A stretch of 64,000 bases of DNA from an uncultured Gammaproteobacteria bacterium (lineage in GTDB: Bacteria > Pseudomonadota > Gammaproteobacteria > Steroidobacterales > Woeseiaceae). A model generated the notes under the pieces. It saw only the letters and a list, made by a program, of their open reading frames with translations, had not been told where the DNA came from and made no database searches. How positions within the stretch are numbered: position 1 is the first letter of the stretch; every line of letters starts with the position of its first letter. The stretch is from contig CAVQDJ010000018.1 in NCBI GenBank assembly GCA_963711285.1, forward strand, positions 190,325 to 254,324, given 5' to 3'. The translations under genes were made by a program, and so were the position numbers. Shown here piece by piece: positions 40,469 through 48,460 of this stretch.

Positions 40469-41704
40469 CTAGTTCACGCTGCTGCGCTGTACATTCATCA
40501 TTACATCAGAACGCAGCGCTTCGCGGAACACGTCGCTGCTAAGTGCCTGACGGAACACGTCATTACTCAGCGCCTGACGGAACACATCGTTGCTTAGTGC
40601 CTCGCGGAACACGTCATTGCTCAGCGCTTGACGGAACACATCGTTGCTTAGTGCCTGGCGGAATACGTCGTTACTCAGCGCCTGACGGAATACGTCGTTA
40701 CTCAGTGCCTGACGGAATACGTCGTTACTGAGTGCCTGACGGAAAACGTCGTTGCTGAGCGCCTGACGGAATACGTCGTTACTCAGCGCCTGACGGAATA
40801 CGTCATTGCTCAACACCTGACGGAATACGTCGTTACTCAGCGCCTGACGGAATACGTCGTTGCTGAGTGCCTGACGAAAGACGTCGTTGCTCAGAACCTG
40901 GCGAAATGCGTCGCTTGCAAATGCGTCTTGCAAAGCTGCATCCCTGGCCAGAACATCCGCCAGCGCCGCATCACTTCTAAGGACATCGCTCAGTTCCGCA
41001 TCGCTGCGCAGTGCCTGACGGAATACGTCGTTGCTCAGCGCCTGACGAAATACGTCGTTGCTCAGCGCCTGACGGAACATATCGTTGCTCAATGCCTGGC
41101 GAAATACGTCGTTACTGAGCGCCTGACGGAATACGTCGTTACTCAGCGCCTGACGGAATACGTCGTTACTGAGTGCCTGACGAAACACGTCGTTGCTCAG
41201 CGCCTGACGGAATACGTCATTACTCAATGCCTGGCGGAACACCTCATTGCTCTGTGCCTCACGAAACACCTCATTGCTCTGTGCTTCACGGAACACTTCA
41301 TTGTTCAGGGCCGCGCGGAATACATCATTGCTCAACGCCTGACGAAACACGTCGTTACTCAGGACCTCACGAAACAAGTCGTTGCTCAGCGCCTGTTGGA
41401 ACACGTCGTTGCTGAGTGCTTGACGAAATGCATCAGTCTGCATTGCTTCTGCAAAAGACGCGTCGCTGACGATCATCTGATATACGTCGGTTTGCATGAC
41501 CTGCGCCATGGTCTCGTCATCCAGAGTAACGTCATCGCCGCTTATTTGCTCACCGCGGTAACGTTCCGCCGGAGCGACTGTTCCAGCCGCATCATCGCCT
41601 GGGACAGTGTACTTGACTCCGACATAGGCAACGACTGCAATCGCAATTACAAATGCGACGATCATCGTTGTCCTTCGGGACTTGGTCTGTTCCATACTGC
41701 TCAT
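40469..41704 (-). CDS. single-pass membrane protein made almost entirely of DVFRQALSN nonapeptide repeats
   Basis: An AGGAG Shine-Dalgarno lies 7 nt before the ATG at 41704 (MSSMEQTKSRRTT). A TM segment follows (MIVAFVIAIAVVAYVGV), then 16 and 15 nine-residue units separated by three degenerate 10-residue units. A longer ORF starts at 41761 and abuts the anti-sigma stop. Confidence 0.75.
   Translation of the reverse strand: MSSMEQTKSRRTTMIVAFVIAIAVVAYVGVKYTVPGDDAAGTVAPAERYRGEQISGDDVTLDDETMAQVMQTDVYQMIVSDASFAEAMQTDAFRQALSNDVFQQALSNDLFREVLSNDVFRQALSNDVFRAALNNEVFREAQSNEVFREAQSNEVFRQALSNDVFRQALSNDVFRQALSNDVFRQALSNDVFRQALSNDVFRQALSNDMFRQALSNDVFRQALSNDVFRQALRSDAELSDVLRSDAALADVLARDAALQDAFASDAFRQVLSNDVFRQALSNDVFRQALSNDVFRQVLSNDVFRQALSNDVFRQALSNDVFRQALSNDVFRQALSNDVFRQALSNDVFRQALSNDVFRQALSNDVFREALSNDVFRQALSNDVFRQALSSDVFREALRSDVMMNVQRSSVN
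40508..41434 (-). repeat. 27-bp in-frame tandem repeat array (about 31 units plus 3 degenerate 30-bp units)
   Basis: The 27-nt periodicity is visible directly (plus strand: ...gcctgacggaaYacRtcRttRctYagYgc...). The units differ mostly at synonymous positions. The encoded peptide is nearly invariant: (D/E)VFR(Q/E)ALSN. Confidence 0.95.
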
Positions 41705-41761
41705 TGTCTTACTCCTATTGTCTGAACTCTGCGTCACCGATTTCGGGTAACCGCCGTTCAT

Positions 41762-42538
41762 TTACCAGGTTGCCTGCAGCAAACCACGCTCCAGCAACCT
41801 GCCATTACTTGAAAACTCAAGTTCGATCTTTGCCTGACCTTCAAACGTCGCATCACCAACATGGCTCAACAGCACCGTCAGCCTGCGTTCTCCGCTCGCC
41901 CGCACCTGCAGGGCGGAATCAGCAATAGCAATAGACTCGAAACTGTCTTTGAGTTGCGCCAGCGCGCCCGGCCAGATTCCGGCCGGCGAAATAGTCACGG
42001 AGATATCGAGCGGCTGATCCGCTTCAATCTGGATATCCAGGTACAGATTGCCGTCCCGGCGCTGCAGCTGTGCCAGAGACGCGAACCCATCCTTGCGAAA
42101 GTCATACACGTCGACAATGTCGGCCTCGGCAACCACACGATCCGGCGCCATCGTGCCGACCAATTTAGAGAAATCCGGCGTGCCGGTTAAGATCACCTGG
42201 CTCTCGTAAAGGCTTACAGCGAGCAGCACCCCTGCCGCCGCTGCCAGCCCATAGCGAAACAGTGCGCCGAGATCCGGCGGACGCTGCCACCCGCGACCGG
42301 AAGGCTGCGGCGATGCGCCGGGCAAGTCGATGCTATCCACGATGCGCGCGTGCAGCGAGCCCGGCACATCCAGTGCCTGAGAATCGAGCAGGATCGCATC
42401 CATCTGCTCGAGGTGGGCCGCAAACTCGCGCGCTTCTGATGAACTCTCGAGCAGTCGTTCCAATTCGGTCTGCTCGTCCGCCGTGAGCTGGCCATCCGCG
42501 GCAGCACTGATCAACTGCATGGTACGTTCATCAGTCAT
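41762..42538 (-). CDS. putative anti-sigma factor (single TM, periplasmic C-terminal domain)
   Basis: Its start overlaps the sigma-factor stop as ATGA. The N-terminus is anti-sigma-like (MQLISAAADGQLTADEQTELERLL...AHLEQ). A TM segment follows (LFRYGLAAAAGVLLAVSLY), then a C-terminal domain of about 140 aa. Confidence 0.65.
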   Translation of the reverse strand: MTDERTMQLISAAADGQLTADEQTELERLLESSSEAREFAAHLEQMDAILLDSQALDVPGSLHARIVDSIDLPGASPQPSGRGWQRPPDLGALFRYGLAAAAGVLLAVSLYESQVILTGTPDFSKLVGTMAPDRVVAEADIVDVYDFRKDGFASLAQLQRRDGNLYLDIQIEADQPLDISVTISPAGIWPGALAQLKDSFESIAIADSALQVRASGERRLTVLLSHVGDATFEGQAKIELEFSSNGRLLERGLLQATW

Positions 42539-43080
42539 GATGAAAACACTCCGTGTTGGCACAGCTTGTCGCGCATATGTCGACGTGCCTCGAAAAGTCT
42601 GGATTTCACTGTTTTTTCGGGCAATCGCAGAATCTCGCCGATTTCCCGATAGCTGCAATCACTGAAATAGCGCAAGGCAATAACGGCTCGTTGATCCTCA
42701 TTCAGCTCCATCAGTGTCGCCTGAACTTCGTCTCGCAGCTGTGAGGTTTCGACATTGTCCTGCGGCATGTCGGCATCCGAATGCGCCGTATCGGCAAGCG
42801 GCTGCGTGCGTTTGCGCCGCTTCAGCTGGTCGATGGACTCGTTGAGTGCAACGCGATAGGTCCAGCTGAAGAGTCTGCGGCTGGGGTCAAAGCGTTGAAT
42901 ATTCTCGAAAACCTTCAAAAACGTCACCTGCGTGACGTCCGCCGCCTCATCGGGGTTACCCAACATGCGATAAGCGGCGTTGTAGACGGGTTTTTCCAGT
43001 TGTCTCACGAGCGTATCCAATGCTTTTTTATCGCCTTTCTGGCAGGCCATAACCAAGTTTGTTTCCTGGTCCCTATTCAT
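42535..43080 (-). CDS. ECF-family RNA polymerase sigma factor
   Basis: 181 aa. Region 2 reads YNAAYRMLGNPDEAADVTQVTFLKVFENIQRFD...FSWTYRVALNESID. Region 4 reads QRAVIALRYFSDCSYREIGEILRLPEKTVKSRLFEARRHM. Confidence 0.9.
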   Translation of the reverse strand: MNRDQETNLVMACQKGDKKALDTLVRQLEKPVYNAAYRMLGNPDEAADVTQVTFLKVFENIQRFDPSRRLFSWTYRVALNESIDQLKRRKRTQPLADTAHSDADMPQDNVETSQLRDEVQATLMELNEDQRAVIALRYFSDCSYREIGEILRLPEKTVKSRLFEARRHMRDKLCQHGVFSS

Positions 43081-43128
43081 AAGTACTCCGCAGGCCCGGA
43101 AAAGTTGGTGAATTCATATCTGAGGCCT

Positions 43129-43431
43129 TCATTGCGATGATTCCCCGGTCTCGATCTGGAACAGCTTGTCAAAGCCCGAGTACATGAATATGTCATTGAT
43201 GTGATGATTGACGTTTACAAGTCTGAGGCCGTGATTTCCCTCCATCAGGCGCTTATGGGTGCGCAACAGCACGCCCAGACCCGCGCTGGAGATGTATTCC
43301 AGCTTGCGCAGATCGAGGACGCAGTCCCCGGCCACCGCGTCCAGAAACTCCTGCGCGTGCGGCGCCTGAGCCGCATCCAGCCGGCCCTCGGCTATGATGT
43401 TTCCCAAGTCATCAAATCCGATTTGAAACAT
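43129..43431 (-). CDS. STAS-domain anti-sigma-factor antagonist (RsbV/SpoIIAA-like)
   Basis: 100 aa. LDLRKLEYISSAGLGVLLRTHKRL contains the conserved phosphorylatable Ser context (D/E-x-I-S-S-x-G-L). Confidence 0.85.
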   Translation of the reverse strand: MFQIGFDDLGNIIAEGRLDAAQAPHAQEFLDAVAGDCVLDLRKLEYISSAGLGVLLRTHKRLMEGNHGLRLVNVNHHINDIFMYSGFDKLFQIETGESSQ

Positions 43432-43434
43432 GTT

Positions 43435-43836
43435 TTATTTCCGATCCGCGATAAAAGTGATCTTGCTTTTTCGATCCCGGTACTCGTAGTGAATCGAACT
43501 CACCATCTTGAGTACGAGGTAAAGCCCCAGTCCGCCGGGAGTTCGTTGCTCGAGCGGCGCATCAACGTCCACGGGATCAACCTCGCGCGGATCGAAGCGC
43601 TTCACGCCAAAACTGGTCAGACTGACCTCGACACCGCGTTCATGGGGCTGCATTTCGATCAGGACGTCCGTCTTGGTCTCCGTGTCATAGGTCACCATAT
43701 TGACGAACAGTTCCTCGACGCAGAGATCGACGATGTAGCGGACAGACTGGTCGATATCGTGCTCGGCAAAAAAACTGTCCGTAAATCCCACGATGTTCTT
43801 GAGTTCGTTGAGGCTTCTTCTGAATTCTCGTTGCAT
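43435..43836 (-). CDS. RsbW/SpoIIAB-like anti-sigma serine kinase (HATPase_c_2)
   Basis: About 133 aa with an N-box-like region (VDLCVEELFVNMVTY) and a G-box (TPGGLGLYLVLKMV). I chose the ATG at 43836, with a GGGGGA Shine-Dalgarno upstream. Its stop lies 3 nt before the STAS start. Confidence 0.8.
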   Translation of the reverse strand: MQREFRRSLNELKNIVGFTDSFFAEHDIDQSVRYIVDLCVEELFVNMVTYDTETKTDVLIEMQPHERGVEVSLTSFGVKRFDPREVDPVDVDAPLEQRTPGGLGLYLVLKMVSSIHYEYRDRKSKITFIADRK

Positions 43837-43852
43837 TATCCTATTCCCCCGA

Positions 43853-45064
43853 TCAGGGCCGCTTGTCTGGCAGCCGTCGCACCAGAACAAGAGTAATGTC
43901 ATCGGCCTGCGGCGCGTCGCCGCCAAATTCGAAGGCGGCATCCACGAGATTTTGGCTCAGTTCTGCCATTGAAAGCTCATGTGATTGTGCAAATACGTCT
44001 GCCACACGCTGCTCTCCGAACTGCGAGCCATCCGCGTTCGCGTATTCATAGACTCCGTCGGAAATCAGAGCGAGCACATCGCCTGGAGCCAGCTCGAGCC
44101 TCTTGGCGCGCGCCGTACCGTCGAGTTCCATGATTCCGACCGGAAAGCTCGTGGGCTTGAACCACTCGCACTCGTTGTTGGCGGCTCGATAGACCATTAT
44201 CGGGCCCTGGCCGCCGGAGTGGTATTCCACCAAGTGCGTTTCGGGGTCGAGAAAACCCATGAAAGCTGTGATGAAGCGGTCGTCAGGCAGGTCTTCGTTA
44301 AGCTGATTGTTCACATGCATGTAGGCGCTGTCGAGATCGGCACCTAGCCGGAATGCGACGCGTAGCATCGCCTGCATCTGAGTGGCCGAAAGGGCCGGTC
44401 CGAAGCCGTGACCCGTCGCGTCACCAAGCAGTATGAAAAGCCGCCCATCAAGAACGACGAGATCGTACAGATCGCCGCCCGTGTGGTCCGTCGGCAGGAA
44501 CTGGCCGTGTAAGTCATAGCCTGCAACATGCGGCATCGCATCGGGAAGCGTGCTTATTTGGATTTCGCGCGCAACGGCAACTTCCTGGCTCAGAATGGCG
44601 TTGGCGAGCAGCTCGCTCGTCATTTCCGAATGCTGGATAGCGATAGCCGCCTCTGCTGCCAGTGCCGGTGCGATCCATTTGTCGTGTTTATCAAACTGCC
44701 GAGGATACTGACCCAGCCACTGCATGACACCCAGCAGCTGATCTTCCTGGCCCAGTATCGGCACGCTTAGCAGCGAGCGTGTTTCGAACTCGTCGAGCTG
44801 GACCGGTGCGGCCCCGAAGCGCTCATCATCACGGCACTCGTGAATGTTGTCGATTTCCAATGTCGCGGCGCATTGGCCGGCAAGCCCATCACCAAGCTTT
44901 TGCCGGACGGGCTTGTCACCTGTGGGGATGACCCTTACGAGCTCGCCTGACGGTCTGTCAAACAGCCACAGCACGCCGGCTTCGGCGACGATCGCAACCT
45001 TGCCGACTTCGATGATTTCCCGCAAGAGTTCGGGCAGCGCTTCGGGCGCCGCCAGCCGGTACAT
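43853..45064 (-). CDS. GAF domain-containing PP2C (SpoIIE/RsbU-type) serine phosphatase
   Basis: An N-terminal GAF-like half (LLREIIEVGKVAIVAEAGVLWLFD...) is followed by the SpoIIE signature (REIQISTLP...GGDLYDLV...LGDATGHGFGPALSATQM...ISDGVYE). Confidence 0.85.
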   Translation of the reverse strand: MYRLAAPEALPELLREIIEVGKVAIVAEAGVLWLFDRPSGELVRVIPTGDKPVRQKLGDGLAGQCAATLEIDNIHECRDDERFGAAPVQLDEFETRSLLSVPILGQEDQLLGVMQWLGQYPRQFDKHDKWIAPALAAEAAIAIQHSEMTSELLANAILSQEVAVAREIQISTLPDAMPHVAGYDLHGQFLPTDHTGGDLYDLVVLDGRLFILLGDATGHGFGPALSATQMQAMLRVAFRLGADLDSAYMHVNNQLNEDLPDDRFITAFMGFLDPETHLVEYHSGGQGPIMVYRAANNECEWFKPTSFPVGIMELDGTARAKRLELAPGDVLALISDGVYEYANADGSQFGEQRVADVFAQSHELSMAELSQNLVDAAFEFGGDAPQADDITLVLVRRLPDKRP

Positions 45065-45248
45065 GATCTCCAGGATCTTGACCAGCGATTCACGCGTAAT
45101 CTCGCTTGGATTCTGCTCGTGCAGAGGTACGGACAGAGTATGCTCCTTCCTCTTTTCTCGTTAGTTTTCTTATATTTAGCCGCCACACGACGGCTACGCT
45201 CGGTAACCCCAGATCGATGATGGCACAGATTTGAAAAAGAGTCCTTGC

Positions 45249-46103
45249 TTACTGCAGGGAGCGCTCGAGCAGTGCCGCCAAACGGAGGCCGGCCTGCTGG
45301 AGCCTCTTGGACACAATTGCCTTGTGCTGCCGGAGATAGTCGTCCGAAATTGCCATCCGTCGCCGCGGTTCGCCCGCACTCAAGAATCTTGTCTCCCCGC
45401 TATACCAGCAGGCATCCTGTCTGCGGACGCAATACCCGACCGATGGCGCCATGGTCAGTTGATACGACTCATTCGCCCACGCGACAATCGAGTCATCGTG
45501 CCAGTCGACTCGCTGCCAGTCGGAGATCGAGCGGCGCAGGTCAGCGGCAATGCTCAGGTAATCCCCCCCCAGGTTTGCGGCAATGATGCTGTGGTCCCAG
45601 ACACCGTGCAGGTTTGCGTCCGGCATATCGAGATCGACCTCGATGTAGTTAGCGCCCCGGTCATCCTGATAAGAGATATGCAGGGGCTGGTGGATGTCAC
45701 CGACCCAATGCCCCAGTAGTTTCAGCGCCAGCAGCTTGTCGGCATCGCTCGACGCAGGGTCCTCGAGAACGGCCACGTCACCCCGGATCGCCGAAAGCAC
45801 GCAGGTGTCTGCGAGCGGGCATTCATCCGTCGCGACTGCTCTGAATGACCGCGGCACGTTCATGAAATGATCAAACATACGAATCCGTTCGGGAATGTCC
45901 GCAAAAAGACACGACTCCGCAAAATCGTCAAATTCCGGGTCCAGGCTAAGCAGGTACTCGATTTCGCCCCTCGCCGTTTCCGTCAACTCCTCAAACGCAA
46001 TCTGGCACACGACCCGATGGCCCGTATCTCCCCAGGCAAACACGGCCGCGGGCAGTGCGACGGCGAATACCGCCAGAAGTCTCAATATCTTTCTCAAAAT
46101 CAC
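45249..46103 (-). CDS. S1/P1-family secreted nuclease
   Basis: A signal peptide is followed by WGDTGHRVV, the mature N-terminal Trp zinc ligand. Further motifs are LGHWVGDIHQPLH and NLHGVWDHSII. Confidence 0.8.
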   Translation of the reverse strand: MILRKILRLLAVFAVALPAAVFAWGDTGHRVVCQIAFEELTETARGEIEYLLSLDPEFDDFAESCLFADIPERIRMFDHFMNVPRSFRAVATDECPLADTCVLSAIRGDVAVLEDPASSDADKLLALKLLGHWVGDIHQPLHISYQDDRGANYIEVDLDMPDANLHGVWDHSIIAANLGGDYLSIAADLRRSISDWQRVDWHDDSIVAWANESYQLTMAPSVGYCVRRQDACWYSGETRFLSAGEPRRRMAISDDYLRQHKAIVSKRLQQAGLRLAALLERSLQ

Positions 46104-46178
46104 CCGCCGTATAGCCTAAAGTTATGTCAAATCGTGCCGATAACAGTGCTATGAACCATACCCAATGGTAGGCACGTT

Positions 46179-47162
46179 ATGATCAAACCACCAACCCCCG
46201 TCGATGAGTTGCTGCGTCTGGAGACGCTACGCAATCTCAAGATTCTCGATACCGACCCCGAGGAGCGGTTCGATCGGGTTACGCGCCTCGCCAAACGAAT
46301 ATTCGGCACACCGATCGCACTGGTCAGCCTTGTGGATAATGATCGGCAATGGTTCAAGTCCAGACAAGGCCTCGATGCGACAGAAACGCCACGCGACATC
46401 TCTTTTTGCGGCCATGCAATAGTCGAAAGCGAAACGTTCATTGTGAACGACACGCACACTGACGAGCGCTTTTCCGACAACCCGTTGGTTATCAATGATC
46501 CGGGCATTCGTTTTTATGCCGGCTGTCCACTTAGTGCTCCCGACGGCAAGAACGTCGGCACACTGTGCATCATTGACCGGGAGCCGCGTGAATTGAGCCA
46601 GGCGGATGTCGGGTTGCTACAAGAGCTGGGCCAGATGGTCGAAGAAGAACTTGTAGTCGCAGACATAGTGCACAACGACCCCGTCACGGGAATGTCCAAC
46701 GCCTCCGGGTTCAATTCGATTGCGGATTATCTGCTCGCAATGTGCAGACGCACCAAATCGCCTGCGTCTCTACTGCTGTTTCACTTCACGAACCAGCATC
46801 TGATCGAAGGCTTCATGGGGCGGGACGAAAGTGACCGTGCTGCGATCGAACTGGCGCAGCTGTTAATGGCGAGCTTTCGCGACTCCGATGTCGTTGGCCG
46901 TATTACGGAAAACACGTTCGTCGTCTTGCTCGCCGGCTCTCAAACGGACGAGGTCGAGCCAGCGGGTCGACGCCTGATGGAGCGACTCGCAGCTCGCGCA
47001 GAAAAAAGCGACTCAGAGTACGCGCTCGAGGTGGAACCGTACGCTGTCGACTATGACCCTGAGCGTCACGGCGACGCGGCAACTCTGATTCGCGATGCGG
47101 AAAACCTCATGCAGTCACACGACACCGATTCGGATCCGGGCGAACAGCAGAAATCAGCATAG
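46179..47162 (+). CDS. GAF domain protein with a degenerate GGDEF domain
   Basis: The GAF domain is closely related to that of the 17669-18724 protein (ERFDRVTRLAKRIFGTPIALVSLV...IRFYAGCPL). The GGDEF-like domain has its active-site motif replaced (GRITENTF instead of GGDEF). Confidence 0.7.
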   Translation: MIKPPTPVDELLRLETLRNLKILDTDPEERFDRVTRLAKRIFGTPIALVSLVDNDRQWFKSRQGLDATETPRDISFCGHAIVESETFIVNDTHTDERFSDNPLVINDPGIRFYAGCPLSAPDGKNVGTLCIIDREPRELSQADVGLLQELGQMVEEELVVADIVHNDPVTGMSNASGFNSIADYLLAMCRRTKSPASLLLFHFTNQHLIEGFMGRDESDRAAIELAQLLMASFRDSDVVGRITENTFVVLLAGSQTDEVEPAGRRLMERLAARAEKSDSEYALEVEPYAVDYDPERHGDAATLIRDAENLMQSHDTDSDPGEQQKSA

Positions 47163-47323
47163 TCCAACTGAAAGACTGCACCTTGTGTCTTATTGACACC
47201 AAGTTGGCAGCCAGTCCGATGACGCCAAGACCATGCCAAGAGACTTTGCAAAGCTGGTCGAAGACGAGATTAAGGTGCAGCGTCGTTTGACAGCTAGCTG
47301 AGGCGTCGTGTATCAGCAGGTGC

Positions 47324-48242
47324 ATGACCGGCAAACGACACCGAGATAAGGCCCTCACTGAGCAGCACATCGCCGACTTCATAACGTCACGTGAGTTGCC
47401 GCACGCGTTTCGCAGCCTGATTTCTGATCACTATTTGCCGTTGGTTTCGTGGCTGGTTGATCGCAAGGCATCCGGCGAAACAATGTTTCTCGGTATCAAC
47501 GGTGCTCAGGGCACGGGCAAGTCGACACTGGCTGATTTTCTGCAACTCGCACTTGAGTCGCGGCACCGTTGGCGCGTGGCCGTGCTGTCGATAGATGACT
47601 TCTACCTGACGAAGTCCGAACGTCGTGACCTCGCAGAACAGGTGCACCCGCTGCTCGCGACCCGGGGCGTACCCGGCACTCACGATTTGGGCATGTTGTC
47701 GCGGTGCCTCGACGATCTCGGAAATCTCGAGGGATGGTGAGCAGTATCGTTTGCCGCGCTTCGATAAAGCGCAGGACGATCGCGCTCCCGCTGCCACCTG
47801 GCCCCAGGTCAAAGGGCCCATCGACCTGATCATCCTCGAGGGCTGGTGCGTTGGCAGCGTCGCACAAGCTGATGCGGAACTCGCTGCGAGTGTCAATGAC
47901 CTCGAACGCGACAGAGATCCGGACTGCACCTGGCGCAAGTATGTAAACGGGCATCTCGACTCTGACTATGCGCAGTTATTTTCCGCGCTCGACGCGCTGG
48001 CATTCCTGCAAGCGCCGAGCTTCGAAGCGATATACGAATGGCGGCTCGAACAGGAACAAAAACTCGCCGCCTCAGCGCCAGCGGCTGCGCCCGGAATTAT
48101 GAACAGCGCTCAAATCGCTGAATTCATACAATCGTATGAACGAATCACCCGCTGCAATCTGGCTCGATTACCCGAGCATGCCGACGTCGTGCTCGTTCTC
48201 GGCGAGGATCACACCGTAGTTGCAAGCGAGTACCACAGCTGA
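47324..48242 (+). CDS. P-loop kinase of the uridine kinase/PRK superfamily, D-glycerate 3-kinase-like (apparent frameshift at the GGG run 47731-47733)
   Basis: Walker A is present (INGAQGTGKSTLADFL), along with SIDDFYLTKSER...ATRGVPGTHD. The second ORF continues ...GEQYRLPRFDKA...LILEGWCVG. The two frames join as LGNLE(D)GEQYRLP if one G is removed. Confidence 0.55.
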
Positions 48243-48460
48243 ATTCCCTGCGGTTCAGACACTATCCTATAAAAATCAATAATTTATGATCGACTCAATT
48301 AACGAAGCGCGCAGCTATCCGGGCGCGCGGCATCGTTGCGGGACGCAGTCAGGGCTGTTGCCGCGAATGTGCTGTGAGTGCCGCCGGTGCGGGCCCCTGT
48401 GCCAATGCTGTGGTAGGCTCGCCCGAAAAGAAGCGGGTAAGAAAAGCGGGGGACCATCGT

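Noticed and set aside
40508-41434. The regular array of 27-bp repeats superficially resembles a CRISPR array.
   Set aside because: There are no unique spacers between the repeats. The units are contiguous, in frame and translate to a conserved peptide, and no cas genes are present in the window.
40928-41725. A 265-aa plus-strand ORF, plus the shorter ORFs 40543-40731 and 41173-41415, lie opposite the nonapeptide-repeat gene and are themselves repetitive.
   Set aside because: They are mirror-image artefacts of the 27-bp repeat. They have no start context, signal or TM logic, and their peptide repeats are less regular. The minus-strand frame has an AGGAG Shine-Dalgarno, a TM anchor and operon continuity.
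43201-43896. A 231-aa plus-strand ORF covers the STAS and RsbW-like genes.
   Set aside because: It is antisense to two well-supported small regulatory genes with tight operon spacing, and it has no recognisable domain.
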